DNA from: an uncultured Dehalococcoidia bacterium
Lineage (GTDB): Bacteria; Chloroflexota; Dehalococcoidia; Lucifugimonadales; UBA1123
Direction of reading: 5' to 3'
Length of the DNA: 64,000 nucleotides
Assembly: GCA_951812505.1 (NCBI GenBank)
Contig: CATOSI010000001.1
Location: 956,745-1,020,744 of the forward strand
Both the position numbers and the translations under genes were made by a program. Below the pieces are notes generated by a model. That model searched no databases. It had not been told where the DNA came from and saw nothing but the letters and a program-made list of their open reading frames with translations. Of this stretch, positions 20,941-31,332 are shown in pieces (position 1 is the stretch's first letter; each line of letters begins with the position of its first letter).

Positions 20941-22292
20941 AACTCTACGACACCCTGAGAGCTCAAGTTAGCGATTTCGACTCACCCAATGGACTGGTCC
21001 GTATGTACGTGTGCGGGATCACTCCTTACTCTTCCTCTCACATCGGACATGCCATGTCAGCCGTGACGTTCGATGCCTTGCGTAGATACCTCGAATTCAG
21101 GGGTTTCAAGGTCAGGCACATTCAGAACTTCACCGACATTGACGACAAGATGATAGCTGCGGCAAATGAGCGGAATATCACCGTTTCCGAGCTCGCTGAA
21201 GCAAATATCAACGAATACGTCAACGCGATGGGCGAGCTGAATGTAGCGCCGGCCCACGAGTACCCAAGAGCGACTCAAGAGATAGACAAGATAATCGAGA
21301 TAATAGATAGTCTCATAGAAAAGGGGTACGCCTACGATGTCGAAGGCGATGTCTATTTCAGGGTACGACGGGATGAGGACTACGGGAAGCTGAGCCACAG
21401 AAGCGTTGACGATCTGCTTTCCGGCGCTCGCATCGAGGTTGACGAGAGAAAAGAAGACGTTCTGGATTTTGCCCTCTGGAAGTCCCAGAAACCCGGCGAA
21501 CCTGCCTGGAACAGTCCGTGGGGCAATGGCAGACCTGGCTGGCACATCGAGTGCAGCGCAATGTCAATCAAGTACCTCGGAGAAACGATTGACATACACG
21601 GAGGCGGCGAGGACCTCGTATTCCCCCACCACGAGAATGAGATTGCGCAATCCGAATCTTACACTGACCAGATTCCGTTCTCCAGATTCTGGCTGCACAA
21701 CGGAATGCTTCGCCTCGGCGCGGAAAAGATGAGCAAGTCCTTGGGAAACATTATTTCACTGCCTGAGGCATTGGAATTCTACGATCCACAGTCGCTGAGG
21801 CTTTTCTTCCTGAGCTCCCACTACCGCTCTCCCCTCTTCTACAGTGAGGAAAGCGTTCGCTCTCAGGAGAGGGCAATGCAGCGACTTCGGCAGGCCGCCA
21901 ATGCCCTCTCGGAAGAGGGTCCTCAGCTAGATGCCGTACCGTTCAGGGAACGATTTATCGAGGCCATGGACGACGACCTCAATACGCCTCGGGCTCTCGC
22001 CTCTCTCTTCGATCTTGTACGCGAAATTAACCGCGGACGCGAGAGCGGCTGGAATATCACGACAGCTCAGGATACCCTGCGCGAACTCGCGGGAGTCCTG
22101 GGACTCGAACTCGACGAGCCGCAGGTCGAAAGCGCGGAAGCTGAGCCCTTTATTCAGACTCTCGTGGACGTGCGTGCGGAACTGCGCGGGGCTCGACAGT
22201 TCCAACTCGCCGACAGCATCCGCGACCGACTCACTGAACTCGGGGTAACTCTGGAAGATAATCCGGAGGGCACCACTTGGCGTCTCGGCTGA
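20937..22292 (+). CDS. cysS: Cysteine--tRNA ligase
   Basis: [32 protein letters not shown]. Confidence 0.98.
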   Translation: MKLYDTLRAQVSDFDSPNGLVRMYVCGITPYSSSHIGHAMSAVTFDALRRYLEFRGFKVRHIQNFTDIDDKMIAAANERNITVSELAEANINEYVNAMGELNVAPAHEYPRATQEIDKIIEIIDSLIEKGYAYDVEGDVYFRVRRDEDYGKLSHRSVDDLLSGARIEVDERKEDVLDFALWKSQKPGEPAWNSPWGNGRPGWHIECSAMSIKYLGETIDIHGGGEDLVFPHHENEIAQSESYTDQIPFSRFWLHNGMLRLGAEKMSKSLGNIISLPEALEFYDPQSLRLFFLSSHYRSPLFYSEESVRSQERAMQRLRQAANALSEEGPQLDAVPFRERFIEAMDDDLNTPRALASLFDLVREINRGRESGWNITTAQDTLRELAGVLGLELDEPQVESAEAEPFIQTLVDVRAELRGARQFQLADSIRDRLTELGVTLEDNPEGTTWRLG

Positions 22293-22409
22293 CGCGCCTG
22301 ACCGAACACGGCAGAGTCAGGCGCCGGAAGGCAACAAGAGTCCGATTCAGATGCTCCTCTGACTGCAAGACAGTTCTTCCCAACACTACCCACTAACCGA
22401 CCAGCCGAC

Positions 22410-23327
22410 CTAGCGGTAGTGTCGCTCTAACTCCGAGGCGTACACGCGGCCGAGTCCATCGGCGTTGTCCGCAAGCCACTCTATCAGCCCGGTCGGAAGA
22501 GTGGCTTCAGCCGTCGCCCTGGAGGCCAGAAGGCCGGCCGACAGTCCCTCTAATTCGTCCTGGGTCAGAGTGACGTCATTTACGAGAGCGCCAACGACCT
22601 TAGAGCCGAGCAGCGCGAGACCTGGAGGCATTCTCAGGATCACGCACGTCGCCCCGATGCTGCTCCTGACGAGTTTCACATAGTCGTAGTAGCTGAACAC
22701 CTCCGGCCCGACGGCGTCCATCTCCGTGTTCTCATCGCTCTCGCTCAGCGCGACGGCCAGGTCCGCGACATCCTCCACAAAGCCTGGCTGAACCGGATAG
22801 TCACCCCGTCCAGGGACCGGGAAAACCGGAAATCGCCTGAGGGCCCAGGAAATGTTGTTCAGAAGTATGTCCCCATGCCCGAAGAGCAGAGTCGGCCTGA
22901 CAATTGCGTAGGACGGACCGAACTCACGGAGGTACTGTTCAGCTAGAGCCTTGCCACGATAGTACGGCAAGTGAGAGTTGATGCTTGCGTTGGCGATGCT
23001 TATGTGTACGACGCGTCGGACGCCGGCCCACTGAGCGGCGGCAAAGAGAATCCTGAGATTCTCGGCTGCTCTCTCGTGTGTCATGTCTCCGTGCGCCATA
23101 CGGATCCAGTAGGTGTTGAAGAGCGTGTCGGTCCCCACTAAACTCCGGGCGAGCAGGTCGGGATTTTCGAAGTTGTAGAGCATCATTCTGACCTGGCCAT
23201 CGAATGGGTTGGGCCGTGCGAGGTGGCCTGTAAGAGACCGGACTCTGTGCCCCATCTTAAGCAGCCGCTGGGCGATGAATCGCCCGGTGTATCCTGTAAC
23301 TCCTGTAACGACATGGGTCGTAGGCAT
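22410..23327 (-). CDS. NAD(P)-binding epimerase/dehydratase (NDUFA9-like atypical SDR)
   Basis: VTGVTGYTG Rossmann motif, YYRGK, IVRPTLLFG. Confidence 0.85.
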   Translation of the reverse strand: MPTTHVVTGVTGYTGRFIAQRLLKMGHRVRSLTGHLARPNPFDGQVRMMLYNFENPDLLARSLVGTDTLFNTYWIRMAHGDMTHERAAENLRILFAAAQWAGVRRVVHISIANASINSHLPYYRGKALAEQYLREFGPSYAIVRPTLLFGHGDILLNNISWALRRFPVFPVPGRGDYPVQPGFVEDVADLAVALSESDENTEMDAVGPEVFSYYDYVKLVRSSIGATCVILRMPPGLALLGSKVVGALVNDVTLTQDELEGLSAGLLASRATAEATLPTGLIEWLADNADGLGRVYASELERHYR

Positions 23328-23552
23328 TTGATTCACACTCCCGTAACTGTCTGAATTGTCCGAAGGCATTACAATGCGAGGGGCGTCCTATCGAGATCTT
23401 ACGCAGGCGTTCATCATCATCATACCGCCTACGGTAAGAATCGTCTCAGCACTCATCCTTGACAGCGTGACTCATGCCGTGTATTCAGGCGGGAAGAATT
23501 ATAAGTGCCCGTTAAGCTCAATGTGATATCGGGACTTTAGGAGGATTACATA

Positions 23553-23915
23553 ATGGCAGAAGAAACTGGGGCAGTGGGAGTACTTACTCACATTGGAATA
23601 GACGTTTCCGATCTTGAGCGGGCGGAGGCGTTCTATTCGGCATTGCTGGGAGTCGAACGGGACCGGGCGTGGGAACAGTATCTCGCATTCAAACCCTTGC
23701 CCAACGGCCTGACAGTCTATCTCCAACGCGTGCCCGAGGAGAAAACGAGCAAGAGCCGAGTGCATATGGACCTGACAGTACCGAATGTGCCGGCTGCCCT
23801 GGCGAGAGTGGAAGCTCTGGGGGGAAGGGCGCTCAGGGACTTTGTCGAGCCAGGAGAGAACCTGGCCGTAGTCGCCGACCCGGACGATAATGAGTTTTGC
23901 CTAATCACAGGGTAA
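23553..23915 (+). CDS. VOC family protein
   Basis: HIGIDVSD, QRVPEEK..KSRVHMD, ADPDDNEFC. Confidence 0.88.
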   Translation: MAEETGAVGVLTHIGIDVSDLERAEAFYSALLGVERDRAWEQYLAFKPLPNGLTVYLQRVPEEKTSKSRVHMDLTVPNVPAALARVEALGGRALRDFVEPGENLAVVADPDDNEFCLITG

Positions 23916-24103
23916 GGGAAGACGTACTCCAAGAATTCACTCTGGTCACCGGCGGCTATTCGGCGCTAACTTTTCGTGGAATACAGCGTTATCAATAGAC
24001 AGAATCAATGACGCATGATCAGGATCCTTGGGAAGACAGATTTGTCATACCGTGTTCCGGGTCAATCGGGGATTGGAAGCTAATTGATCCCGGAGGAAGA
24101 GGA

Positions 24104-26452
24104 ATGACCCCACTCACGAGAGTCTTGGTAAGCTTAAAGTCCTGGAAACTCTGGGCCGCCCTGGTAGTTGTAGCCATGGTGGGAGTGGGCGGATATTACG
24201 GATACCTGGCACTGTCCGACTCCGGCGGCTCTGAGGAAGAGGCAGCCCAGACGCAGCTGGTTCCGGTCACTCTCGGCAACCTAGTCAACGATGTGAGCGT
24301 GCCCGGGACGATCACCTACACGACCCGTGAGACTCTTACATTCGGACAGCAGGGCTTTGTCTCCGACATTTCAGTTTCGGAAGGCGATGCGGTGTCCGTT
24401 GGAGATGCGCTCGCAGTACTTGACTCTGAGACTGTTGCGAATCTGGAACGGGCCATTGCCCAGGCTCGGAACGATGTGCGCGATGCGGAGGACGCGCTCG
24501 AAGATGCCAGAGACCCCTACTCCGCGGTTCAATTTGCCCAAGCCGAGTCAGACGTGGCAATTGCGCGCCAGAATCTGCAAAAGGTCGAAGAAGAAGTCAA
24601 TGAACTCGGCGTAGTTTCCCTCACCGACCTGGCGCAGGCGCGCATAGATATCCTGAATGCCCAGTCCGACCTTGAGGCTGCTATGGAGACTAAAACTGAG
24701 TTGAACGCTCCCTCGTTCCAGGAACTAGCGCAGGCCAGGGCGGACATTACCGCGGCGCGAGTCGCGCTGCAGGATGCAAAGGATGACCTGGCCACCTTTG
24801 TGGACCCGGTTGACGAGGATGTCATGGACGAAATCGCCAGCCTGGAGTCGGACATAGATTCAGCGGAAGAAAAACTGACTAGCGCTCGCTTCGATCTACA
24901 CACAGCAGAGCGTAAGGCTGATGAGAATATCAGCGTCGCTATGGAAGACTTGGATACGGCTCAGAGTGAATACAACGAGCTTTTTGTGAAGTGGCTCGGC
25001 ATCGGCGCGTTACAAGAACCCAAACAATCACCCGACGCCATATTCGCCTCCCACGGTGTTGATCTGGATAGCATTTTCAGGCGACCCGAAATTGAACCGC
25101 TACGCTCGAATTTCGGTCGGGTCATCCCTATCGACGACCCGTCAACTCCCTGGGACGAAGTCATCGTGTTCTCGTGGGTTATTCTCTATCCCGGCCAGTA
25201 TCTCGTTGATTGTGACGACTCGGATTCGGGAGACGGCTTGATGTGCATACGCGACGAGTTTCAGGAAGCCTTCAATGCACTTCAGGAACAGGCCGATAAC
25301 CTGGAAGTCATCCAAGGTGATGAAGCCGAGATTATCAGAAAGGCGGAGGTCGCTGTCTCTGATGCCGAAAGCGCCCTGGAGCTCAAGCGCGAATCTCTGA
25401 AAGACTACCTCGCCGATGTCAACGCTGAGCCAGACCAGTTGCTGCTCGAGTCCAAAGAACGAGCGATTGAGACCGCGGAAGCGGACCTGCTCGACGCCGA
25501 GAGTGCACTGGCCGATCTGATGCAAGCCGCCGCCGAGACCGATATTCAACTCGCCGACCGTGAGATCGAGTTGGCCCAGGGCAGACTATCCGATGCCGAA
25601 GACGCTCTCGCCGACCTGCTTGCCGACCCTGATCCCGTTGACATAACAGTCAAGCAGACCGCTGTCCATCTCGCACAGGAGTCCCTGGCAGAAGCCGAGG
25701 CGACGCTCGAGGACTACAACGCCGTTGACCAACTGGAGATCGAACTGCGGGAGGCCGAGTTGGTCGCTGCGAGGGCCACGCTCGAAACGGCAATTGCTGA
25801 CCTGGAACGCGCCACGTTGCGAGCGCCTTTCGACGGCATTGTGGTCGCGGTAAATATCGAATCGGACCAGCAGGTCAACGCGAACACACAAGCAATCGAA
25901 GTCGCCGACCCGTCCATCGTCGAAGTAAGTGGCTCCGTAGATGAGATAGATGTGCTGTTCTTGCAGGTGGGCTCTCAGGCGTATGTCACTCTAGAAGCCC
26001 TGGGCAACCAGGCTCTGCCGGGGATAGTATCCTCGATAGCCAGCATCGGCACTTCCCAGCAGGGAGTGGTTACCTACCCCGTCACCATCCGCGTGGATTC
26101 CTCGGGTATCGGCCAGGTACCAGAAGGACTCAGCGCCACCGCCCAAGTCATCATCCGCGAGCGGAACAATGCGACGCTGATCCCGCTTCAAGCACTCTAC
26201 GGGACCGTACAGGCTCCGATAGTGAGAGTCGTGAGCGGCAATGACATAATCGAACGTGAGGTCAGACTTGGTATCAGCGATGACTTCTGGGTCGTAGTCG
26301 AAGAAGGCCTCGGCGAAGGAGAGACCATCAGCATGGAAGTCGTCGGTAGCAGTACGAGCCAGTTCGGGGGAATCGGCGCTACTTTCCGCGCCGTTGGAGG
26401 GTTCGGCGGCACCAGAGGAAGACCTACGGGACAGGGCGGAGGCCGCCAATGA
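24104..26452 (+). CDS. HlyD/MacA-type adaptor with very long coiled-coil insert
   Basis: N-terminal TM; VSEGDAVSVGD and LRAPFDGIV lipoyl halves; VDEIDV; GVVTYPV; GLSATA; start by RBS. Confidence 0.85.
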   Translation: MTPLTRVLVSLKSWKLWAALVVVAMVGVGGYYGYLALSDSGGSEEEAAQTQLVPVTLGNLVNDVSVPGTITYTTRETLTFGQQGFVSDISVSEGDAVSVGDALAVLDSETVANLERAIAQARNDVRDAEDALEDARDPYSAVQFAQAESDVAIARQNLQKVEEEVNELGVVSLTDLAQARIDILNAQSDLEAAMETKTELNAPSFQELAQARADITAARVALQDAKDDLATFVDPVDEDVMDEIASLESDIDSAEEKLTSARFDLHTAERKADENISVAMEDLDTAQSEYNELFVKWLGIGALQEPKQSPDAIFASHGVDLDSIFRRPEIEPLRSNFGRVIPIDDPSTPWDEVIVFSWVILYPGQYLVDCDDSDSGDGLMCIRDEFQEAFNALQEQADNLEVIQGDEAEIIRKAEVAVSDAESALELKRESLKDYLADVNAEPDQLLLESKERAIETAEADLLDAESALADLMQAAAETDIQLADREIELAQGRLSDAEDALADLLADPDPVDITVKQTAVHLAQESLAEAEATLEDYNAVDQLEIELREAELVAARATLETAIADLERATLRAPFDGIVVAVNIESDQQVNANTQAIEVADPSIVEVSGSVDEIDVLFLQVGSQAYVTLEALGNQALPGIVSSIASIGTSQQGVVTYPVTIRVDSSGIGQVPEGLSATAQVIIRERNNATLIPLQALYGTVQAPIVRVVSGNDIIEREVRLGISDDFWVVVEEGLGEGETISMEVVGSSTSQFGGIGATFRAVGGFGGTRGRPTGQGGGRQ

Positions 26453-26544
26453 ATTTCTCCACGATTCGCCGCGGTATCCCGGTCCGGCACCAGGATGCGC
26501 CTACAGCCGGGTAAGCCCAAGACAGGGAGTCACCACGCCACCAC

Positions 26545-27756
26545 ATGACACCACTCGAAACCATAAAGACCGCAGTCTCCTCTCTTGGAGCTAATAAACT
26601 CCGCTCAGGACTCGCCCTGCTCGGTATCGTAATAGGTGTTACCGCCGTAATCACGCTCATGTCAATCGGACGCGGCACTACCCAGCAGATCACCGGGATC
26701 ATCCAGGGGCTTGGAACGAACCTGCTCTTCGTTCAGCCAGACGGGGAAGGCGCTCAGATTACGCTTGGAGACGCCAGCGCGCTTGTCGATCCGGTTTACG
26801 CGCCGACCGTGCTGGCGGCCGCTCCGGAAATACGCACATTTGCGACGCTGTCCGCGGGTCACGAGAACACGTCCGCACAGGTGGTAGGCGTAACTCCCGA
26901 GTACTTGAGCGCCAGGAACCTCAGTCTCGCTAGCGGTATGTTCATCAAACTCCCGCACGTGGACAACAGGGATGAGGTGATCGTGCTCGGCTCCAACGTC
27001 GCGGAGCAACTCTTCCAGAACCGGGATCCCGTTGGCGAGCATGTTCGATTGAACGCCAGACGCTTTCGGGTGATCGGCCTTCTGGAAAGCCAGGGCGGTG
27101 GTGGATTCGGCACCTTCGATACACAGGTATTGATTCCGATTACCACGGCTTATTACCGTCTCAGCGGTGAGCGCACCACAACCGGAGACATCGCGGTCAA
27201 CCTGATCAATGTCCAGGTACGCGACGTCGAGGAAATTGACAGGAGCATCGAGGAAACGAGCGGAGTGCTTCGTCTTCGCCACCGCATAACAGAAGAAGAC
27301 GACTTCACAGTCATCAGCCAGCAGAGCACCATCGAAACTCTGGAAGAGACGACCAATACCCTGGTCGTCTTCCTGGGGGTCATCGCAGGTATATCCCTGC
27401 TTGTCGGCGGAATCGGCATTATGAACATAATGCTCGTATCTGTGACAGAACGCACCCGTGAGATCGGTATCCGCAGGGCTATGGGTGCAAAACGGCATGA
27501 TATCCTCTTTCAGTTTGTGGCGGAGGCTGCCGCCCTTAGTATCGGTGGCGGACTGCTGGGGGCGGGAATTGGATTCTGGATGTCCAACGCTTTAGACGGT
27601 CGCACCCTGGGAACGCAGACCTTCACAACTAGCTTCGGAACCGAGTTCGCAGTGTTTGCCGTACTCGTGTCAGCAGGCATAGGTCTGTTCTTCGGCATAT
27701 ATCCCGCCGTCCGGGCATCGAGTCTTCATCCCATAGATGCTTTGCGCCATGAGTAA
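26545..27756 (+). CDS. MacB/FtsX-family ABC permease
   Basis: NKLRSGL..LGIVIGV, GGIGIMNIMLVSVTERTREIGIR.A.GA, GIYPA. Confidence 0.95.
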   Translation: MTPLETIKTAVSSLGANKLRSGLALLGIVIGVTAVITLMSIGRGTTQQITGIIQGLGTNLLFVQPDGEGAQITLGDASALVDPVYAPTVLAAAPEIRTFATLSAGHENTSAQVVGVTPEYLSARNLSLASGMFIKLPHVDNRDEVIVLGSNVAEQLFQNRDPVGEHVRLNARRFRVIGLLESQGGGGFGTFDTQVLIPITTAYYRLSGERTTTGDIAVNLINVQVRDVEEIDRSIEETSGVLRLRHRITEEDDFTVISQQSTIETLEETTNTLVVFLGVIAGISLLVGGIGIMNIMLVSVTERTREIGIRRAMGAKRHDILFQFVAEAAALSIGGGLLGAGIGFWMSNALDGRTLGTQTFTTSFGTEFAVFAVLVSAGIGLFFGIYPAVRASSLHPIDALRHE

Positions 27757-27836
27757 CTTCACTACTGAATCGGTTTGACTTGGGAATGGGTTACTCAACC
27801 GTCCTGAAAAAGATTGGAAAGGAGATGGTCAGGTAG

Positions 27837-28808
27837 ATGAAAGTAGTCCTGCTGCTGTCAATGGCGGCGGCGCTGATTCTCACGATCGGTGTCGCATGCA
27901 GCTCGTCGGAGGAGGAAAGCCCACCTGCCGCCGCGCAGACCGTTGACCTGTCCCAGTTCCCGACTCCCACACAGTCTCAGGCCGAACCGAGGCCAACCTC
28001 GCCGCCTTCGGTGACCCAGTCCCAGTTGAATCAGAGTGAAGGTGATACCGCGGAGCCTGCGTCCATGACCCAGGAAGAGATTCAGCAACTCCGGCAGCAG
28101 CTGCAGAGCGGACAATTGAGCGATGAAGAGGCACAGCGGGTGATACTGCGGCTTCGGGCCCAGTTTGGCGGGAGCCAGGGCGGGCCGCCATTCGAAGCGG
28201 AGGCCGGCAGCGTGACGGACGGCTCTATCGAAAGCATCGGTGAAGACGCTATAACGGTCAAGGCTGAACTCGCTTCGGTGACGGCCAGAGTGGGAGAAAG
28301 CACAAACATAAGAATCACTTCTGTTCTCGAACCGACGGACCTGACTCACGGCGCGCAAGTTATGGTTGTGAGCGAACGTGTCGAGGGCAACACTCTCGCA
28401 AGAGTTGTAACCGTAGTTCCTGAAGGGCAGCGTGCCTTCGGGGGCGGACCTGGGGGGCAACCCAGATTCAGGGGCGGACAAGGTGGGTTCGGTGGTGGAC
28501 AAGGCGATGTTGGCTCTCGTGCGCTCTTTGGGACGTTAGAGAATGTTTCGGACACTGGTTTCATTCTTGAAACTCAGCAAGGCCCACTGCCGGTTACGAT
28601 GGATAATGAGTCCGTGGTCGTCCGAACTCGACAAGGAACGCTCGACGACCTAGAGCCAGGAATGCCGGTCAGAATTGTGGGACCCGCCGATGAGGACGGC
28701 AGCATAGATGCCCGTCTGATAACCGTCACGCCTGAAGGATTGGAAAATATGCGCGGCATTAGCGGCAGCAACAACACGGGGGCAAGGGGACTTGGAGGCG
28801 GTAACTGA
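27837..28808 (+). CDS. Lipoprotein with two OB-fold-like (DUF5666-like) repeats
   Basis: Lipobox GVAC; twice G-x-I/L-E...I/F-x-V/L...DL-x-x-G-x-x-V..AR; Gly-rich linkers. Confidence 0.65.
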   Translation: MKVVLLLSMAAALILTIGVACSSSEEESPPAAAQTVDLSQFPTPTQSQAEPRPTSPPSVTQSQLNQSEGDTAEPASMTQEEIQQLRQQLQSGQLSDEEAQRVILRLRAQFGGSQGGPPFEAEAGSVTDGSIESIGEDAITVKAELASVTARVGESTNIRITSVLEPTDLTHGAQVMVVSERVEGNTLARVVTVVPEGQRAFGGGPGGQPRFRGGQGGFGGGQGDVGSRALFGTLENVSDTGFILETQQGPLPVTMDNESVVVRTRQGTLDDLEPGMPVRIVGPADEDGSIDARLITVTPEGLENMRGISGSNNTGARGLGGGN

Positions 28809-29119
28809 ACTGCGGACGCTGGAAGTATTACTCTCGACTCCCGAGTTCACGCGCCTGTCTTTGTTCGCGAATTGTCTTCGCGCCGATTGTTCAGGGGAAT
28901 TAGACACCGATGCGCCTGCCGTACTCGATACGACGCCGGGTAGAATAATGTGGTACAATTCGATTCGCGGCGGCACTCTGAGCTCCCCGGTCGCACATTG
29001 GCTCCTTAGTTCACACTTTGGTTCTCAGCCAGCTTCCCTCCGGATCTCCCAATGCCCATAGTGGTCTTTGGCCAGGTAACCGTCCTTTTGTTTACTATAT
29101 ACTGAAATGGAGAAAGTCA

Positions 29120-29437
29120 TTGAATTACGAGGACAGAACTCTCTCGTGTGTAGAGTGCGGTCAGCCATTCACCTTCAGCGCCGACGATCAGGCGTACCAT
29201 GCCGAAAGAGGCTTCACAAACGAGCCAAAGCGCTGCCCGGGCTGCCGTCAGACTCGGCGCGCCCAGCGCAACAGCGGTGGAAGCTTTGATCGAGGCACTC
29301 GGGAAATGCACACCGTTGTCTGCGCCGAATGCGGCAAGGATGCCACCGTGCCCTTCAAGCCAAGGGGAGACCGCCCCGTCTATTGCAGCGACTGCTTCAG
29401 GCAACAGAGATCGTCGGTTTCCTCGGGCAGATACTAG
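29120..29437 (+). CDS. Zinc-ribbon / CxxC-x17-CxxC domain protein
   Basis: YEDRTLSCVECGQPFTFS..Q.Y..RGF.NEPKRC..CR; CAECG...VPFKP...RPVYCSDCF; TTG start after GGAG. Confidence 0.9.
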   Translation: MNYEDRTLSCVECGQPFTFSADDQAYHAERGFTNEPKRCPGCRQTRRAQRNSGGSFDRGTREMHTVVCAECGKDATVPFKPRGDRPVYCSDCFRQQRSSVSSGRY

Positions 29438-29450
29438 GTCCCTTTGTGAG

Positions 29451-29468
29451 GCCGCCGTTTCGGGCGGC
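29451..29468 (+). terminator. Probable intrinsic terminator hairpin
   Basis: GCCGCC-gtttcg-GGCGGC between convergent genes; no clear U-tract. Confidence 0.4.
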
Positions 29469-29609
29469 AAATATGTTGCGAGTCGGGCCGGTCTTCACCT
29501 CCGGCACCGGCTACTATCTGGTGTCAGAAGAGTACGCCAGATTCGACCATGCCGAAGACTGCACACGGGAAATAGAAGGGCCCGACGGCACAGCGTCTCT
29601 GTCGCCTAC

Positions 29610-30920
29610 TCACTTCATCTCTTCAAAAATAGGCTGCAGCGTAGCCCTTGCGTTTGACTGCTCATCAGTCTCCAGCGCCTCGTAGATCGGTAGCTCTTCG
29701 TCCAGGTCAATCCTCAGATCGTAGAGTTCTCCGGTCTCGTAAAGTTTCCAGTGGTTGTCCCGAACGAACCTGATCCGGCGGGCGGCGTTGCGCGCGCTCA
29801 TAGGCTCGAAGTGGAAGAACATCCACTCTCTGGGGCTGCCGGCATCACCTGTCAACTGCGGATAGAACGACCTTCCATCCACCACGTATCCGTCCGGGAA
29901 CTCCACCCCGGCAGCCTCCATGATTGTCGGCAGGAAGTCCGTGGATTCTACCATGTCCTTGTTCACGCCCCCAGCGGGAATCGTTCCGGGCATACGGCAG
30001 ATGAGCGGGACGTGCGTGCCCCGGTCGTTCGTCTTTCCCTTGCCTCCGCATATCTCGTTGTGCTCGTGCACCATCGAGCAGACATCGTCGGGGCTACCGT
30101 TGTCGCCTACGTACAGCACCAGCGTATCTTCGCCGAGGCCCTGCTCGTCCAGATAGTCCATGAGCCTCCCGATGACCTTGTCGTGGTACTCGACCATGTC
30201 CTTGTAGAAGCGCGGGTCGTCGCCCCAGGAGCCTTCCTCTAGCTCCGCCCATGTCCTCCCGCCGAGAGTCTGGTTAGAAGGAGGGTCGAACGACTCCCAT
30301 TCGGGACTGTCCGGCGTGGGCTCGTGAGGCTTGTGTGTCGCTGCCATCGGCCAGTACACGAAGAACGGGCTGTCGTCGTCCTTCTTGCGCTCGATATAGT
30401 CAATGATGTAGTCGCAGAAGATGTCCTCGCCGTACTTGCCCTCTGTGTCATCCCTGTATGCACCGTTTTCGTAGATGATGGGGTTCTTGTACCGCGACCC
30501 CTTATCCTCTGTGTGGTGCGCGTGCCAGACGCAGAACTCGTCGAATCCGGCATCCTCGATCCGCTGGCCCTTGGAGCGCATCTCCGGCACCTCGTCGGGC
30601 GGGTTGTAGGAGTAGAGCTGCCACTTGCCCGAGATGCAGGTGTTGTATCCGGCATCTGAAAAGAGGTGTCCGAAAGTGACTTCGTCGGGACTTATCAGTC
30701 CGAAACCAATATAGTTTCGGAAATTGTACTTACCTGTCATCAGAGAGAGCCGCGTGGGAGTGCACAACGGCATCACGTGGGCCTCCTCGAACCGTATTCC
30801 CTCCCGCGCCATTCGGTCGAGTCGCGGCGTGGCGTAGGAAGTGCCTCCGTTCGCGCCGATGACCTCGTAACCAAGGTCATCGGACATTATCAGGACTATG
30901 TTGGGCTGCTTGTTGGACAT
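29610..30920 (-). CDS. Cys-type (formylglycine) sulfatase
   Basis: PNIVLIMSDDLG, CTPTRLSLMTG, GKWQL, GDNG. Confidence 0.92.
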   Translation of the reverse strand: MSNKQPNIVLIMSDDLGYEVIGANGGTSYATPRLDRMAREGIRFEEAHVMPLCTPTRLSLMTGKYNFRNYIGFGLISPDEVTFGHLFSDAGYNTCISGKWQLYSYNPPDEVPEMRSKGQRIEDAGFDEFCVWHAHHTEDKGSRYKNPIIYENGAYRDDTEGKYGEDIFCDYIIDYIERKKDDDSPFFVYWPMAATHKPHEPTPDSPEWESFDPPSNQTLGGRTWAELEEGSWGDDPRFYKDMVEYHDKVIGRLMDYLDEQGLGEDTLVLYVGDNGSPDDVCSMVHEHNEICGGKGKTNDRGTHVPLICRMPGTIPAGGVNKDMVESTDFLPTIMEAAGVEFPDGYVVDGRSFYPQLTGDAGSPREWMFFHFEPMSARNAARRIRFVRDNHWKLYETGELYDLRIDLDEELPIYEALETDEQSNARATLQPIFEEMK

Positions 30921-31332
30921 CTACAATCTCTCCTGAATTTCTCTCTCCCTTGATAGACTCATAAGGGAAGGCAAAAGTCCCTTCTCCCAGGGTTTTTGCA
31001 AAGTCTGCGCTGAACATATTTTGTTGGACGGATTGGCTTAGTCATATACTTTGGTTTATAAAGCGACAGGTGGCAACAGGTGGCTCAACTGGTGGGCAAC
31101 AGGTGATTAGAACGCCTGAGATCCACCTGAGAACGCCTGAGTTTAGCTACAGGAAAAAAATTTTGCCCCTCCGATAATGGGTCAGCATAACGGCACATTT
31201 ATGTATATCGAAGTTCAGGATCATCGCCATTCACGCTCCGCAATTAGTTTGTATGTTCGTATTATAGTATATCAGGATGTGAAAGTGTAGTACTGTGAGA
31301 AATTGAGGAAGACCTTGAAAAGGCGCCGTCCT

